Shown here: piece after piece, positions 30,311-38,280 of the stretch
Numbering within the stretch: the first letter of the stretch is position 1
How the letters are laid out: every line of letters begins with the position of its first letter
DNA from: a virus
Direction: 5' to 3' (one strand)
DNA length: 64,000 nucleotides
Virus record (IMG/VR): IMGVR_UViG_3300035661_000050
The notes under the pieces: generated by a model
Databases searched by the model: none
What the model was told of the DNA's origin: nothing
Seen by the model: only the letters and a program-made list of their open reading frames with translations
Made by a program: the position numbers and the translations under genes

Positions 30311-30617
30311 CTTTCTTAAGTATTTTAGATATTCTATTTTCTTCTACATCTGTAGCAACGTTATTCCAGAGAGGAACTTCTAAAGGGCATTTACAAGAAA
30401 GGCATCTCACCTTGGCTGATATTGTGCATCCACATTTTGTGCAATGATCATCAGGCCTCATAGACTTATAATTCTTCTTGTTCTTAGAATGCCATTCACA
30501 TCCCCTACAAATAGCTGTTCTTTCTTCAGCTGTTTGATTAATTACATCTCTTATATCAGATGGAGGAATCAGCTTGTTCTTCCACCCCTCGTACATCTGT
30601 GAGAAATTTATTTTCAT
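30294..30617 (-). CDS. Zinc-ribbon protein (107 aa; CRGC..HC..CTKCGC..CLSCKC)
   Basis: Multiple CxxC pairs. Confidence 0.45.
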   Translation of the reverse strand: MKINFSQMYEGWKNKLIPPSDIRDVINQTAEERTAICRGCEWHSKNKKNYKSMRPDDHCTKCGCTISAKVRCLSCKCPLEVPLWNNVATDVEENRISKILKKDGEPR

Positions 30618-30906
30618 CTATCTTTGGTTTTAAGATTTCAATGGCTGCTGTCAATCCCTCTATCTTTATAATAACCACTTCCCTTTTCCTCCCATCAATG
30701 GGAGTGTCCAATTGATTGAGGAGATGTTGTCTTTGAGCGAGCATCTTCTCCATCTTCTTCACTGCCTTCTTGTAGTTAAAAAAGAACTTCCCAAATCCAG
30801 ATAGTTCCACACTATTACATGTGGCAAGAGCTTCATTGGCTGATTGGAATTGGTGCATAATGACAGTGTCTAATGTCTTCTCACTCACCATCATATTTAC
30901 AGCCAT
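30556..30906 (-). CDS. HU/IHF-like (DNABII) DNA-binding protein
   Basis: ..SVELSGFGKFFFNYKKA.. matches the HU/IHF beta-arm signature (..VxLxGFGxFxV..). Start set at MAVNMM to avoid a 44-nt overlap. Confidence 0.55.
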   Translation of the reverse strand: MAVNMMVSEKTLDTVIMHQFQSANEALATCNSVELSGFGKFFFNYKKAVKKMEKMLAQRQHLLNQLDTPIDGRKREVVIIKIEGLTAAIEILKPKIDENKFLTDVRGVEEQADSSI

Positions 30907-30910
30907 CTTC

Positions 30911-31306
30911 CTAACTATCCAATCCTTCACTGACAGGCTCACTGGTTTGTCCATGTATTAGTTTTATTTCTAATGTTATGTCCTTATTAAAATCTAGAAT
31001 AATAACAGGATTCACCTTCACCTTTGTCCCATCCTTCACAAGAATCCCCACCTTCTTTAGCCTAGAAATAATGTTATTTATTGTGGGATTTGTTGTGCTA
31101 TATCTCGTACAAAACTCCTCCCTAATATTAGCATAAGAAATGTTCCCCTTAATAGCTGTGAAAGCCACCAATTGTATTTCCCTATGTGTCAGCTTTAAAT
31201 TATTAATGCTAGACAGGATGTCATAATACTTCTCAGCCAAGGCATATTCATTCTCAATGGGCCTCTTAAGTGTCTGCACTATCCTCTTTGTTGTCTGGTT
31301 TTCCAT
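30911..31306 (-). CDS. HTH (winged-helix) transcriptional regulator (about 131 aa)
   Basis: ..IREEFCTRYSTTNPTINNIISRLKKVGILV.. is helix-turn-helix-like. First sizeable gene of the minus-strand block. Start ambiguous (31306 or 31330). Confidence 0.45.
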   Translation of the reverse strand: MENQTTKRIVQTLKRPIENEYALAEKYYDILSSINNLKLTHREIQLVAFTAIKGNISYANIREEFCTRYSTTNPTINNIISRLKKVGILVKDGTKVKVNPVIILDFNKDITLEIKLIHGQTSEPVSEGLDS

Positions 31307-31355
31307 ATGTAATTTAATACAAATATACAATAATATATAACATTCTCAAATACAA

Positions 31356-31367
31356 TGTTTTAAAACA
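31356..31367. promoter_or_regulatory. Perfect 12-bp palindrome TGTTTTAAAACA upstream of HTH regulator gene
   Basis: Seen directly. Lies about 25-50 nt upstream of the regulator start. Its core TTTAAAAC also occurs in the recurrent plus-strand upstream box. Confidence 0.4.
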
Positions 31368-31375
31368 ATGCTATA

Positions 31376-31663
31376 TTATGCGCTAAATTTATAAAATATA
31401 AATCTAAAATTAATAAAGAACAGCCCTATGACAAACTCCTCTATCTCATATACATCATCTTCATCATACACATCAAAGGACATTCCTATCCTATAATAAG
31501 GATTGTCATAAATCTTCAATTCTAATATGAATTCAAAATCATCTACATTATGTATTCCATATCCTATTGCCATAATAGCTAGAAATACTAAAACACTAAT
31601 AACAATAAACATACATTCTTCATTTATATATCTGGAATAACTATTCCCACCCTCCTCCCTCAA
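31376..31663 (-). CDS. Hypothetical small membrane protein (95 aa or shorter)
   Basis: The ORF has a hydrophobic segment FIVISVLVFLAIMAIGYGI. Start uncertain. Confidence 0.35.
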   Translation of the reverse strand: MREEGGNSYSRYINEECMFIVISVLVFLAIMAIGYGIHNVDDFEFILELKIYDNPYYRIGMSFDVYDEDDVYEIEEFVIGLFFINFRFIFYKFSA

Positions 31664-31893
31664 AGATAGAGAACATATATTAAACCACCAAATAATATTT
31701 TATATTTCGCATAAGAGATTGAATATCAGGTATGTAAACAAAATTTTTATAGTTATGCCTTTTTAAATGATGGCTCCCCCTATTGTAAAATTTTATTAAC
31801 TAGCCCCCCAGTGTTATATTAATGGGAGAAGAGACTACTCCCCATAGCTACCCCTCCCATAAATTGTCAAGTTGGGGATACCCTCCAGCTATT

Positions 31894-31906
31894 TAATCAT
31901 TTAAAA
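31894..31906 (+). promoter_or_regulatory. Upstream box (a) AATCATTTAAAAC, 10 nt before ATG 31917
   Basis: Exact motif seen. One of six copies at fixed distance from start codons. Confidence 0.5.
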
Positions 31907-31916
31907 CAAAATTGAA

Positions 31917-32336
31917 ATGTCATTACAATTCAAAGTTTACGAAAGAACAGAGAGCACTCTTGTAGAAATTGGAACAGTTGGTGCACAAATTCCAAACGGT
32001 TCTTTAAATTTCACACCAAACAGTCTTAACAAGTTTAAAGCAGGACAGATTAAGGCTATCAGTATGCTACTTACTAACAGGAAAGGCGAGAGTCTTACAA
32101 TGCCTTTGAGTAAGCGTGTGAGTGCTACAATTAAAACAGCACTTGAAAACGGTAGCACTAAGACTGATTGTTTAAAAGCAATCTCTAAGTTAACTATTGT
32201 TGAAATGGAAGACGGTGCTAACATTATCAGTGCACCACAAGGTTCAGGTGGTGTAGAAGAAACCATAACTATCAATGCCTCTGTGACTAACAGCAAGGTG
32301 AGTTATGAGGACATTTTAGAATCAGCAGCATTCTAA
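31917..32336 (+). CDS. Hypothetical early protein (139 aa)
   Basis: First plus-strand ORF, preceded by upstream box (a) and followed by a terminator. Confidence 0.55.
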   Translation: MSLQFKVYERTESTLVEIGTVGAQIPNGSLNFTPNSLNKFKAGQIKAISMLLTNRKGESLTMPLSKRVSATIKTALENGSTKTDCLKAISKLTIVEMEDGANIISAPQGSGGVEETITINASVTNSKVSYEDILESAAF

Positions 32337-32341
32337 TGATT

Positions 32342-32370
32342 TGGGGGTGTAAAAGCCCCCATTTCTTTTT
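32342..32370 (+). terminator. Intrinsic terminator (GGGGG-tgtaaaa-GCCCCC + T-run)
   Basis: GC hairpin followed by atttcttttt. Confidence 0.6.
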
Positions 32371-32377
32371 ATATATA

Positions 32378-32580
32378 GGGTGGGAAAGAATGAAATGGTA
32401 ATGGGTGGGGAATTTACACAACATAACTAATTGATAATCAACTATGATACATTTCTCAGTGGGAATTTCTTACACATAAACATAATTTATATGGGGAAAT
32501 ATTGAAATTTATTTGGGGGTGGTGGGAAAAATGCATCAATAATGTACATGTTTTTATATGTAAGTGGGAATATTGAATAT
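32378..32580. repeat. Array of six G-tract motifs (GTGGGAA / TGGGGAA) in two sub-families within 200 bp
   Basis: gggtgggaaagaatgaaat, gggtggggaatttacac, cagtgggaatttcttacac, atggggaaatattgaaat, ggtgggaaaaatgcatc, taagtgggaatattgaatat. Lies in a 420-bp non-coding gap. Confidence 0.55.
32465..32485 (+). promoter_or_regulatory. Upstream box (b)-like element (TTTCTTACACATAAACATAA)
   Basis: Related to TTTTTACACACATAAA. A second degenerate copy lies at 32413-32426. Confidence 0.35.
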
Positions 32581-32733
32581 TATAGAATTAATTACTAAAT
32601 ATTCTTCATAACTCATACATTATCAGTGAGTTAGAGAGGTGTTGTGGACTCATACACCATATATTCCTATATATTCCAGATATGCAATTCTATTCTTGAT
32701 GATGCAATAATATAGCATTAAATAACATATTTA

Positions 32734-32750
32734 TACATACACACATAAAA
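32734..32750 (+). promoter_or_regulatory. Upstream box (b) TACATACACACATAAAA, 7 nt before ATG 32758
   Basis: Motif seen directly. Confidence 0.45.
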
Positions 32751-32757
32751 CAATATT

Positions 32758-33036
32758 ATGCAACAACTATTATTAAAACCTTGCACATTCACTATAGAAG
32801 ATAATCAAGCTTATCCTTATCTTTTAGCTGTTAGTTCAGATAAGTTAATCATCCTTGAGAAAATTGAGAATGATGACTATATGCTTGTAGAAGCTATAGT
32901 TGATGGAAAAGATAACGATGGTACATTGTTCTCTTGTCCTGATGAAGATAGTTTCCTTGATGCTATTATAGTTATTAAGGATATGCTATTATCAGGACTT
33001 AATCCTTTGAAGCATTTAGATATATATGGGCTGTAA
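32758..33036 (+). CDS. Hypothetical small early protein (92 aa)
   Basis: ORF with own upstream box and terminator. Confidence 0.55.
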   Translation: MQQLLLKPCTFTIEDNQAYPYLLAVSSDKLIILEKIENDDYMLVEAIVDGKDNDGTLFSCPDEDSFLDAIIVIKDMLLSGLNPLKHLDIYGL

Positions 33037-33056
33037 CAAGCCCATTTCTTTTTTTA
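33028..33056 (+). terminator. Intrinsic terminator (GGGCT-gtaaca-AGCCC + T9)
   Basis: Hairpin plus T-run overlapping the stop. Confidence 0.6.
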
Positions 33057-33069
33057 CACACATAAAGAG
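33049..33069 (+). promoter_or_regulatory. Upstream box (b) TTTTTTTACACACATAAAGAG
   Basis: Motif seen directly after a terminator and ahead of ORF 33090. Confidence 0.45.
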
Positions 33070-33089
33070 TATGTCCTCTATAAAAGATA

Positions 33090-33353
33090 ATGTTTGTTAT
33101 GAGTATATATCATGAGATATTGGGAGTTCCTGCTCCTCCAAAGGTTATAGGAATGATTACACTTCCTGATGCTCCTCAAAAGCACAAATGTATATGTGAT
33201 GATTGTGGTGATGTATTAAATGATTCTTGTGGTGATCCAAGGAATAGAGTTACTACAAAGTGGAATGATGGAAGATTTGAAGAGAGATGGATATGTGATG
33301 TTTGTGCTGATGAGCAGTTTGGGGATTCTTCACCTTACAGTATATTTGGTTAA
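33090..33353 (+). CDS. Small Cys-rich (zinc-binding) protein (87 aa or shorter)
   Basis: CICDDCGDVLNDSCGD ... CDVCADEQ. Start could be 33090, 33099 or a later Met. Confidence 0.5.
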   Translation: MFVMSIYHEILGVPAPPKVIGMITLPDAPQKHKCICDDCGDVLNDSCGDPRNRVTTKWNDGRFEERWICDVCADEQFGDSSPYSIFG

Positions 33354-33377
33354 GGACTATTACAGTCCTTTTCTTTT
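33354..33377 (+). terminator. Intrinsic terminator (GGACT-attac-AGTCC + TTTTCTTTT)
   Basis: Hairpin plus T-run. Confidence 0.55.
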
Positions 33378-33639
33378 AATGCACCATTCTCACTTAACTT
33401 CCCATAAGGGTGAGCAGTTGTAATATTATTAATCACGCCTTTAAAAGTAGGATATGTTAATATTACAAGTGAGTGCAGAGGGACTAATGAATAAACAACT
33501 AACGCTGCAGAAGAGCAAGAGTAATAAATATAGAACGTATACTATATTTGTGAAAACAATCTGTTGTTTATTTATATTATAGGATTTTATCTATTAGACT
33601 TCATATAATAGAGGCTTAGGATTGAGGCTATTAAATTCA

Positions 33640-33660
33640 TTTTTTTACACACACATTAAA
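33640..33660 (+). promoter_or_regulatory. Upstream box (b) TTTTTTTACACACACATTAAA, 10 nt before ATG 33671
   Basis: Motif seen directly. Confidence 0.45.
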
Positions 33661-33670
33661 TTTTATTACC

Positions 33671-33886
33671 ATGCATCAAAATCGTGCAACAATAGCTATG
33701 GTTATATGCCTAATAGCTATGGCTGTTTTATGTCTAACAATGTCACTAAACAGACCAAAAGAAACAGATTATGTTCTTAACATTGTAGATGATTCATTAG
33801 TGATATATCATTATGATAAGTCTTATGTAGGAACAGTTAAATCACAAGGACAATTAGATAGTCTATTAGTTGATGACAATCTATAA
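33671..33886 (+). CDS. Small membrane-anchored protein (71 aa)
   Basis: N-terminal TM (IAMVICLIAMAVLCLTM). Confidence 0.5.
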   Translation: MHQNRATIAMVICLIAMAVLCLTMSLNRPKETDYVLNIVDDSLVIYHYDKSYVGTVKSQGQLDSLLVDDNL

Positions 33887-33948
33887 AGATAGTTTTCTAA
33901 GGGCAAGGATAAATCCGCTCTGGTATTTCTATACCTGGAGCCTTTTTA

Positions 33949-33961
33949 AATCATTTAAAAC
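33949..33961 (+). promoter_or_regulatory. Upstream box (a) AATCATTTAAAAC, 8 nt before ATG 33970
   Basis: Exact motif. Confidence 0.5.
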
Positions 33962-33969
33962 TTATAAAA

Positions 33970-35112
33970 ATGGAATCTATCCAACTAATACAACCAACAG
34001 AACAATTTACAGAATTTATGGCTTTGCCTAACGGATTAGCAAAAAATATTAAATATTATAATAATATATCAGGTAATTCATTTACTGAAGCATCTATTGC
34101 AAAGAAAGATGGATGTATTTATTATGCTAGCAATGTTTTTAAAATAGTAAAATCAACAAAATCCTCTTATTATATCAAAAGAGTGACAAAAGATGGATTT
34201 ACTATTGATCAGAAAGGTAAATTAAGTGTGTGGTTTAACAAAAGTATATTTCAAATACCTTTTATAAATGAAGTGTTTAAATATTTTAACTTTAATTGGT
34301 TAAGTGTTAAACTACACCCATTTATAACTAAAGGTATATTTGAAAAGATGGTAGCTAATAAAATTACAAATAATACAGATGTTTGTAAAGCATACATTAA
34401 AGCAATGAGAATTAATTGTAGTCCTGCTTTATTTTTAAATCTATTTGAAACAACTTCTATATCTAAACAAGATTTATTACGTCAATCATCTGTTGCTAAA
34501 GACACTAATCATCTCATAGAATATTTACTTGAAGATAGTTCTCCTGGTATACATGATAATACTAAACATGAAAAACGTCAGATTTTTAACGATATGGTGA
34601 AAGAAGCACAAATTCTTGAAAAGAAAATAGATTTTAAATGGTCTTTAAATAGACTCAAAGAAGAACATAAAGCTTGGACTGAACAAATTATGAAAGTGGA
34701 AATAGATAGTCTTGAAGATGTAAAGATTTCAAAGATTGAAAAATTTGATAGATATACACCTCAGCAATTTAAACTTTTACAAACACAAAAAGAAGTTTTT
34801 ATTGAAGGTTCCACTATGAAACATTGCATATATACTGCTTATTGGTCTTCTATTAAAACAGGTAATTATTTAGTTTATCATATTAATTCAGGTGATGAAG
34901 AAGCCACTCTTGGTGTAAATTTATATAATGATAACATAATATTTAATCAATGTTACAGTAGATATAATCATAAAGTTAGCGATGTGTTAGATGCAAAAGT
35001 TAGAACTTTTGTAGAAGAACTAAATGAACAATTAAACAGAGATGGAATATTAAAACAGCATTTTGAAGAAAAAACAGCATTAAACAATATTATTAACGAT
35101 TTACCTTATTAA
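33970..35112 (+). CDS. PcfJ-like domain protein (380 aa), tentative
   Basis: C-terminal ..FIEGSTMKHCIYTAYWSSIKTGNYLVYHIN.. resembles the PcfJ-family H-C core (..EGxxMxHCVGSY..). Otherwise unknown. Confidence 0.4.
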   Translation: MESIQLIQPTEQFTEFMALPNGLAKNIKYYNNISGNSFTEASIAKKDGCIYYASNVFKIVKSTKSSYYIKRVTKDGFTIDQKGKLSVWFNKSIFQIPFINEVFKYFNFNWLSVKLHPFITKGIFEKMVANKITNNTDVCKAYIKAMRINCSPALFLNLFETTSISKQDLLRQSSVAKDTNHLIEYLLEDSSPGIHDNTKHEKRQIFNDMVKEAQILEKKIDFKWSLNRLKEEHKAWTEQIMKVEIDSLEDVKISKIEKFDRYTPQQFKLLQTQKEVFIEGSTMKHCIYTAYWSSIKTGNYLVYHINSGDEEATLGVNLYNDNIIFNQCYSRYNHKVSDVLDAKVRTFVEELNEQLNRDGILKQHFEEKTALNNIINDLPY

Positions 35113-35124
35113 ATCATTTAAAAC
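35112..35124 (+). promoter_or_regulatory. Upstream box (a) AATCATTTAAAAC, 9 nt before ATG 35134
   Basis: Exact motif. Confidence 0.5.
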
Positions 35125-35133
35125 CAATTAGTT

Positions 35134-35325
35134 ATGTTCCTAAAAGTTTATTCCATTATAATGTTTGTTATAACAACAGCATTATTAATATCAGCTCTAT
35201 ATGCTTCAATAGAATGGGCATTAGACAAATTTGTTCTTATTGGTGGTCTTATATTTGTAGGATATTTTTCCACATTTATGGCCATTATATTACACATTCA
35301 AGAAAAAAACAAAAACCCCCAATAA
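35134..35325 (+). CDS. Small two-TM membrane protein (63 aa)
   Basis: Hydrophobic ORF. Confidence 0.5.
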   Translation: MFLKVYSIIMFVITTALLISALYASIEWALDKFVLIGGLIFVGYFSTFMAIILHIQEKNKNPQ

Positions 35326-35326
35326 C

Positions 35327-35590
35327 ATGAATGTTCCACAACAAATCAAAGACAAAATCATTTCTAAGGTGTCTAACGAGCTCACTAGAGGCAGATCTCT
35401 TGTAGAGCATAGTAAAGACCAACAAGCTCTTCATTACAAGAGAGCAACAAACACATACTATCTTATTATAGATGGGCATGAAGTGCTCACATATAGAGAA
35501 TGGTATCAATTAGGTAGCCCTGCCTACCTTACATCAGGCTCATATTATGAGTGTAATAAGGAAAAAGATAAACTCAAGCCACAAGAATGA
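35327..35590 (+). CDS. Hypothetical protein (87 aa)
   Basis: ORF abutting previous gene. Confidence 0.45.
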   Translation: MNVPQQIKDKIISKVSNELTRGRSLVEHSKDQQALHYKRATNTYYLIIDGHEVLTYREWYQLGSPAYLTSGSYYECNKEKDKLKPQE

Positions 35591-35613
35591 CCACATGAAA
35601 AACACCTATTTTT

Positions 35614-35626
35614 AATCATTTAAATT
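35614..35626 (+). promoter_or_regulatory. Upstream box (a) variant AATCATTTAAATT, 7 nt before ATG 35634
   Basis: Motif variant. Confidence 0.4.
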
Positions 35627-35633
35627 ATAAAAC

Positions 35634-35765
35634 ATGAAAAAGTTAACAAGTTTAGTTATTGCCACTATTATTGTGGGAATAATTGTATTTTCGCTTATGC
35701 TAAGTAGCTGTAAAACAACAGGATATGGCTGTCATGGTAGAAGTAAATCTATTACAGGATATTAA
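35634..35765 (+). CDS. Tiny lipoprotein (43 aa; lipobox LSSC) not in ORF track
   Basis: MKKLTSLVIATIIVGIIVFSLMLSSCKTTGYGCHGRSKSITGY. Hand-translated. Confidence 0.4.
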   Translation: MKKLTSLVIATIIVGIIVFSLMLSSCKTTGYGCHGRSKSITGY

Positions 35766-35786
35766 TTAAAATATAAATTAATCAAC

Positions 35787-36344
35787 ATGGAAGCAGAATT
35801 AACATTTAGAAGCTACAAGCCCTTAAAACTTGAAAAGGGTATGTGGTTCATCAATAAGCTCTATCCCAACACAAAAAGAGAACAAATCATTATTAAGGTG
35901 CTTGATAGAATACCTAATAATGAAGATGATGCATTTGTTATGATAAATGGTTGGCCAATGGAACCATACATTGTACATGAAAATCAAGTGTTAGCTACAC
36001 CACAACAAATAGCATGGTGGGATGATTGTGATCCAGATTCTGAATATTTCTCAGACATCACAATCAAACAGATGGAAGATGTAATTAATATATATGGTGG
36101 ATGGCTTGATATACAAATGGAATGTCAAGATGATGATGATGAATGTCAACCAACACCTGTTATTATGGAAGGAAAGGTGATTCTCACATATTATGGACAA
36201 TCTGAGGAATATGATGAAGATGGTGAAGAATATAATGAGGATGAGGAGGAAGAAGGAGATTGGGAAGAAGAAAGTGATGATGAATGGGAATTCTATAACA
36301 AAAAACCATCAAATGATGATGAAAATCATATTAAAGAAAATTAA
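35787..36344 (+). CDS. Hyper-acidic protein (185 aa); candidate DNA mimic / anti-restriction-like
   Basis: C-terminal half is DDDDECQ..EEYDEDGEEYNEDEEEEGDWEEESDDEWEF. Functional call is inference from composition only. Confidence 0.5.
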   Translation: MEAELTFRSYKPLKLEKGMWFINKLYPNTKREQIIIKVLDRIPNNEDDAFVMINGWPMEPYIVHENQVLATPQQIAWWDDCDPDSEYFSDITIKQMEDVINIYGGWLDIQMECQDDDDECQPTPVIMEGKVILTYYGQSEEYDEDGEEYNEDEEEEGDWEEESDDEWEFYNKKPSNDDENHIKEN

Positions 36345-36508
36345 CATATTTATATTTGGACAAGTGGCACAAGGAGAAACACTTCCACCACCAACAGTGC
36401 ATACAACCTATCCAAAGGATTACAAAGACTTTTATAAATGGGCTAATGAATTAAATGTTAGTTCTTCCTATAAGAGATAGATAACATTGTGTGTGGATGG
36501 GAATAAAG

Positions 36509-36545
36509 GCCTCTAATAGAGATATTAGGGGTCTTTTATTTTATT
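36509..36545 (+). terminator. Intrinsic terminator (GCCTCTAAT-agagat-ATTAGGGGTC with one G.U + TCTTTTATTTT)
   Basis: Hairpin plus T-run. Implies the annotated 36491 ORF really begins later. Confidence 0.5.
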
Positions 36546-36589
36546 CATACATTAACAATTATATTTTAAATCCACAAAAACCTACACAC

Positions 36590-36811
36590 ATGCCACGTAA
36601 AGCACAATTAGTATTCAGTTCAAAGAACTTTTCTCGTCAAAACATTCTATCATGTTCATGCGGAAGCAGTCCATCTGCTAAGCTATTTGAAGGTATTTTA
36701 AAAGGTTGGACAACCACTAATAGGTTGAGTATCAGCAAAGAGAAATACTTTTATCAGCCTTCTGAGGAATATGTTAAACATTCTATGATGTTTAAGAAGA
36801 AGAAAAGTTAG
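36590..36811 (+). CDS. Hypothetical small protein (73 aa; MPRKAQLVFSS..)
   Basis: In-frame Met downstream of terminator. CSCGS motif. Confidence 0.4.
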   Translation: MPRKAQLVFSSKNFSRQNILSCSCGSSPSAKLFEGILKGWTTTNRLSISKEKYFYQPSEEYVKHSMMFKKKKS

Positions 36812-36819
36812 GAAATTAA

Positions 36820-36858
36820 GTGATACCATCATATATTTGTGGTGGTATCACATTTTTA
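36820..36858 (+). terminator. Intrinsic terminator (9-bp stem GTGATACCA / TGGTATCAC + ATTTTT)
   Basis: Perfect inverted repeat plus T-run. Confidence 0.55.
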
Positions 36859-36874
36859 AATTAAAATCTATTTT

Positions 36875-37105
36875 ATGAAATTCACTATAACTGCTAAGAA
36901 CTTTCTTTTGTTATGTGCTATGTTATTAACTATGTATGCAATAGTTTTAACCTTTAATTCTGCTCCAGATGTGACATTTTGGAAGTGGTTTGGTTGGAAC
37001 TATGGTATTAATTATACAGATCACATGATTCCTAAACTATTAGCAATGGGAGCTTGGGTGTTATATATATTAGTTCCTTCACCAAAAGACACAGAATTAG
37101 AATGA
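36875..37105 (+). CDS. Small two-TM membrane protein (76 aa)
   Basis: Hydrophobic ORF. Confidence 0.5.
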   Translation: MKFTITAKNFLLLCAMLLTMYAIVLTFNSAPDVTFWKWFGWNYGINYTDHMIPKLLAMGAWVLYILVPSPKDTELE

Positions 37106-37410
37106 TACCATGTATATGCATTGATGCTACAAATAAGCCTAATGATATTCCAAATAACAAATGGTTAAAGAAAAACCAAGAATATCATGTTATATACACC
37201 ATCACTGTATTACCACAGAGGCAATTAGCATTTCATTTAGCTGAAATAGAACTTGATGAGACATGCTATCCCTATCAATATTTCCTTGCTAATAGGTTTG
37301 CCTTTACAGAGGAAAATCTATTGCTATTAATGGAATTAATTAAGGATTGCTCTGATACAGATTTCTCTATGGATGAACTAATGAAACAAACAGAAATCAT
37401 TAACCAATAA
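37102..37410 (+). CDS. Hypothetical protein (102 aa; MIPCICIDATNKP..)
   Basis: ATGA overlap with the preceding stop. Confidence 0.5.
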   Translation: MIPCICIDATNKPNDIPNNKWLKKNQEYHVIYTITVLPQRQLAFHLAEIELDETCYPYQYFLANRFAFTEENLLLLMELIKDCSDTDFSMDELMKQTEIINQ

Positions 37411-37419
37411 ATATAAAAA

Positions 37420-37815
37420 ATGAAAAAGCTAATCACGTTCCTATTAATATTATGTACATCATTTGCTAAAGCACAAGATGTATCTCTTCCTCTAACAAAG
37501 GTGATGACATATGTCTATAATGATGTTACAGATAAATATGATGATTATGAATCATTAGTTCCAGATGAAGGAGTTAATATTGTAATGACAGATGACCATC
37601 ATCTCATCATCACTAATAAAAAAGGTACTAATTATATGATTAAGACCGCTGAGAGAAGAAAATCTGATGGTGATGGGTATACATGTACAGATTTTGAGGG
37701 TAATGACCAAGATGAGCAATATGTATATATGACTCTATGTACCAATCAGAGTAAGAAAACTGGATTTCTAGTGGTGGTATATTCTAGAAAATGTTCAATC
37801 ACTTATTTCTTTTAA
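37420..37815 (+). CDS. Secreted protein with Bacteroidota-type signal peptide (131 aa)
   Basis: MKKLITFLLILCTSFAKAQD.. is a signal peptide with AKAQ cleavage-like site. Confidence 0.55.
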   Translation: MKKLITFLLILCTSFAKAQDVSLPLTKVMTYVYNDVTDKYDDYESLVPDEGVNIVMTDDHHLIITNKKGTNYMIKTAERRKSDGDGYTCTDFEGNDQDEQYVYMTLCTNQSKKTGFLVVVYSRKCSITYFF

Positions 37816-37816
37816 T

Positions 37817-37990
37817 ATGAATACAACAGTAACAACAACAGAAACTCCACAATTAAATGGGCTCCATTGTCCAGAATGTGGTGAAGAACTATTAGATTCA
37901 AAACCAAACACCATCCTCACAATGCATCCTGCTCAAAAAGAAGTGGAATGTATAAGTTGTGAATATAAGGGATATAGAATAATTTGGTGA
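37817..37990 (+). CDS. Zinc-ribbon mini-protein (57 aa; CPEC..CISC) not in ORF track
   Basis: Hand-translated. Begins 2 nt after previous stop. Confidence 0.4.
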   Translation: MNTTVTTTETPQLNGLHCPECGEELLDSKPNTILTMHPAQKEVECISCEYKGYRIIW

Positions 37991-38052
37991 TTTAATATAA
38001 ATTAGTTAAATTGCAATATATTATAACGATCTGTTTTTCAGAATCAAACCGA

Positions 38053-38080
38053 CCCCTATTTCTATAGGGGTTTATTTTTA
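38053..38080 (+). terminator. Intrinsic terminator (CCCCTAT-ttct-ATAGGGG + TTTATTTTT)
   Basis: Perfect 7-bp GC-rich stem plus T-run. Confidence 0.65.
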
Positions 38081-38097
38081 ATTATAAAATTAATCAT

Positions 38098-38199
38098 ATG
38101 CATATAATAGCATTAATTATTACATTAGTTATTTTAGTAGTTGTTTTCTATGGAGTGTATGATGTTATCAAACAAATAAATGAGATGGAAGATGAATAA
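38098..38199 (+). CDS. Tiny membrane peptide (33 aa) not in ORF track
   Basis: MHIIALIITLVILVVVFYGVYDVIKQINEMEDE. Confidence 0.3.
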   Translation: MHIIALIITLVILVVVFYGVYDVIKQINEMEDE

Positions 38200-38280
38200 A
38201 TGTCAAGATGTATGCATGAAAAACTAGGAAAAATTCATGCAAAAAGTGCTGAAAATAGACACCTTGTGCAAAAAATAACT

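Noticed and set aside
32378-32580. Possibility that the G-tract repeats are a CRISPR array or DGR element
   Set aside because: Repeats are short (7-8 nt core), imperfect and irregularly spaced. No cas or reverse-transcriptase gene is nearby.
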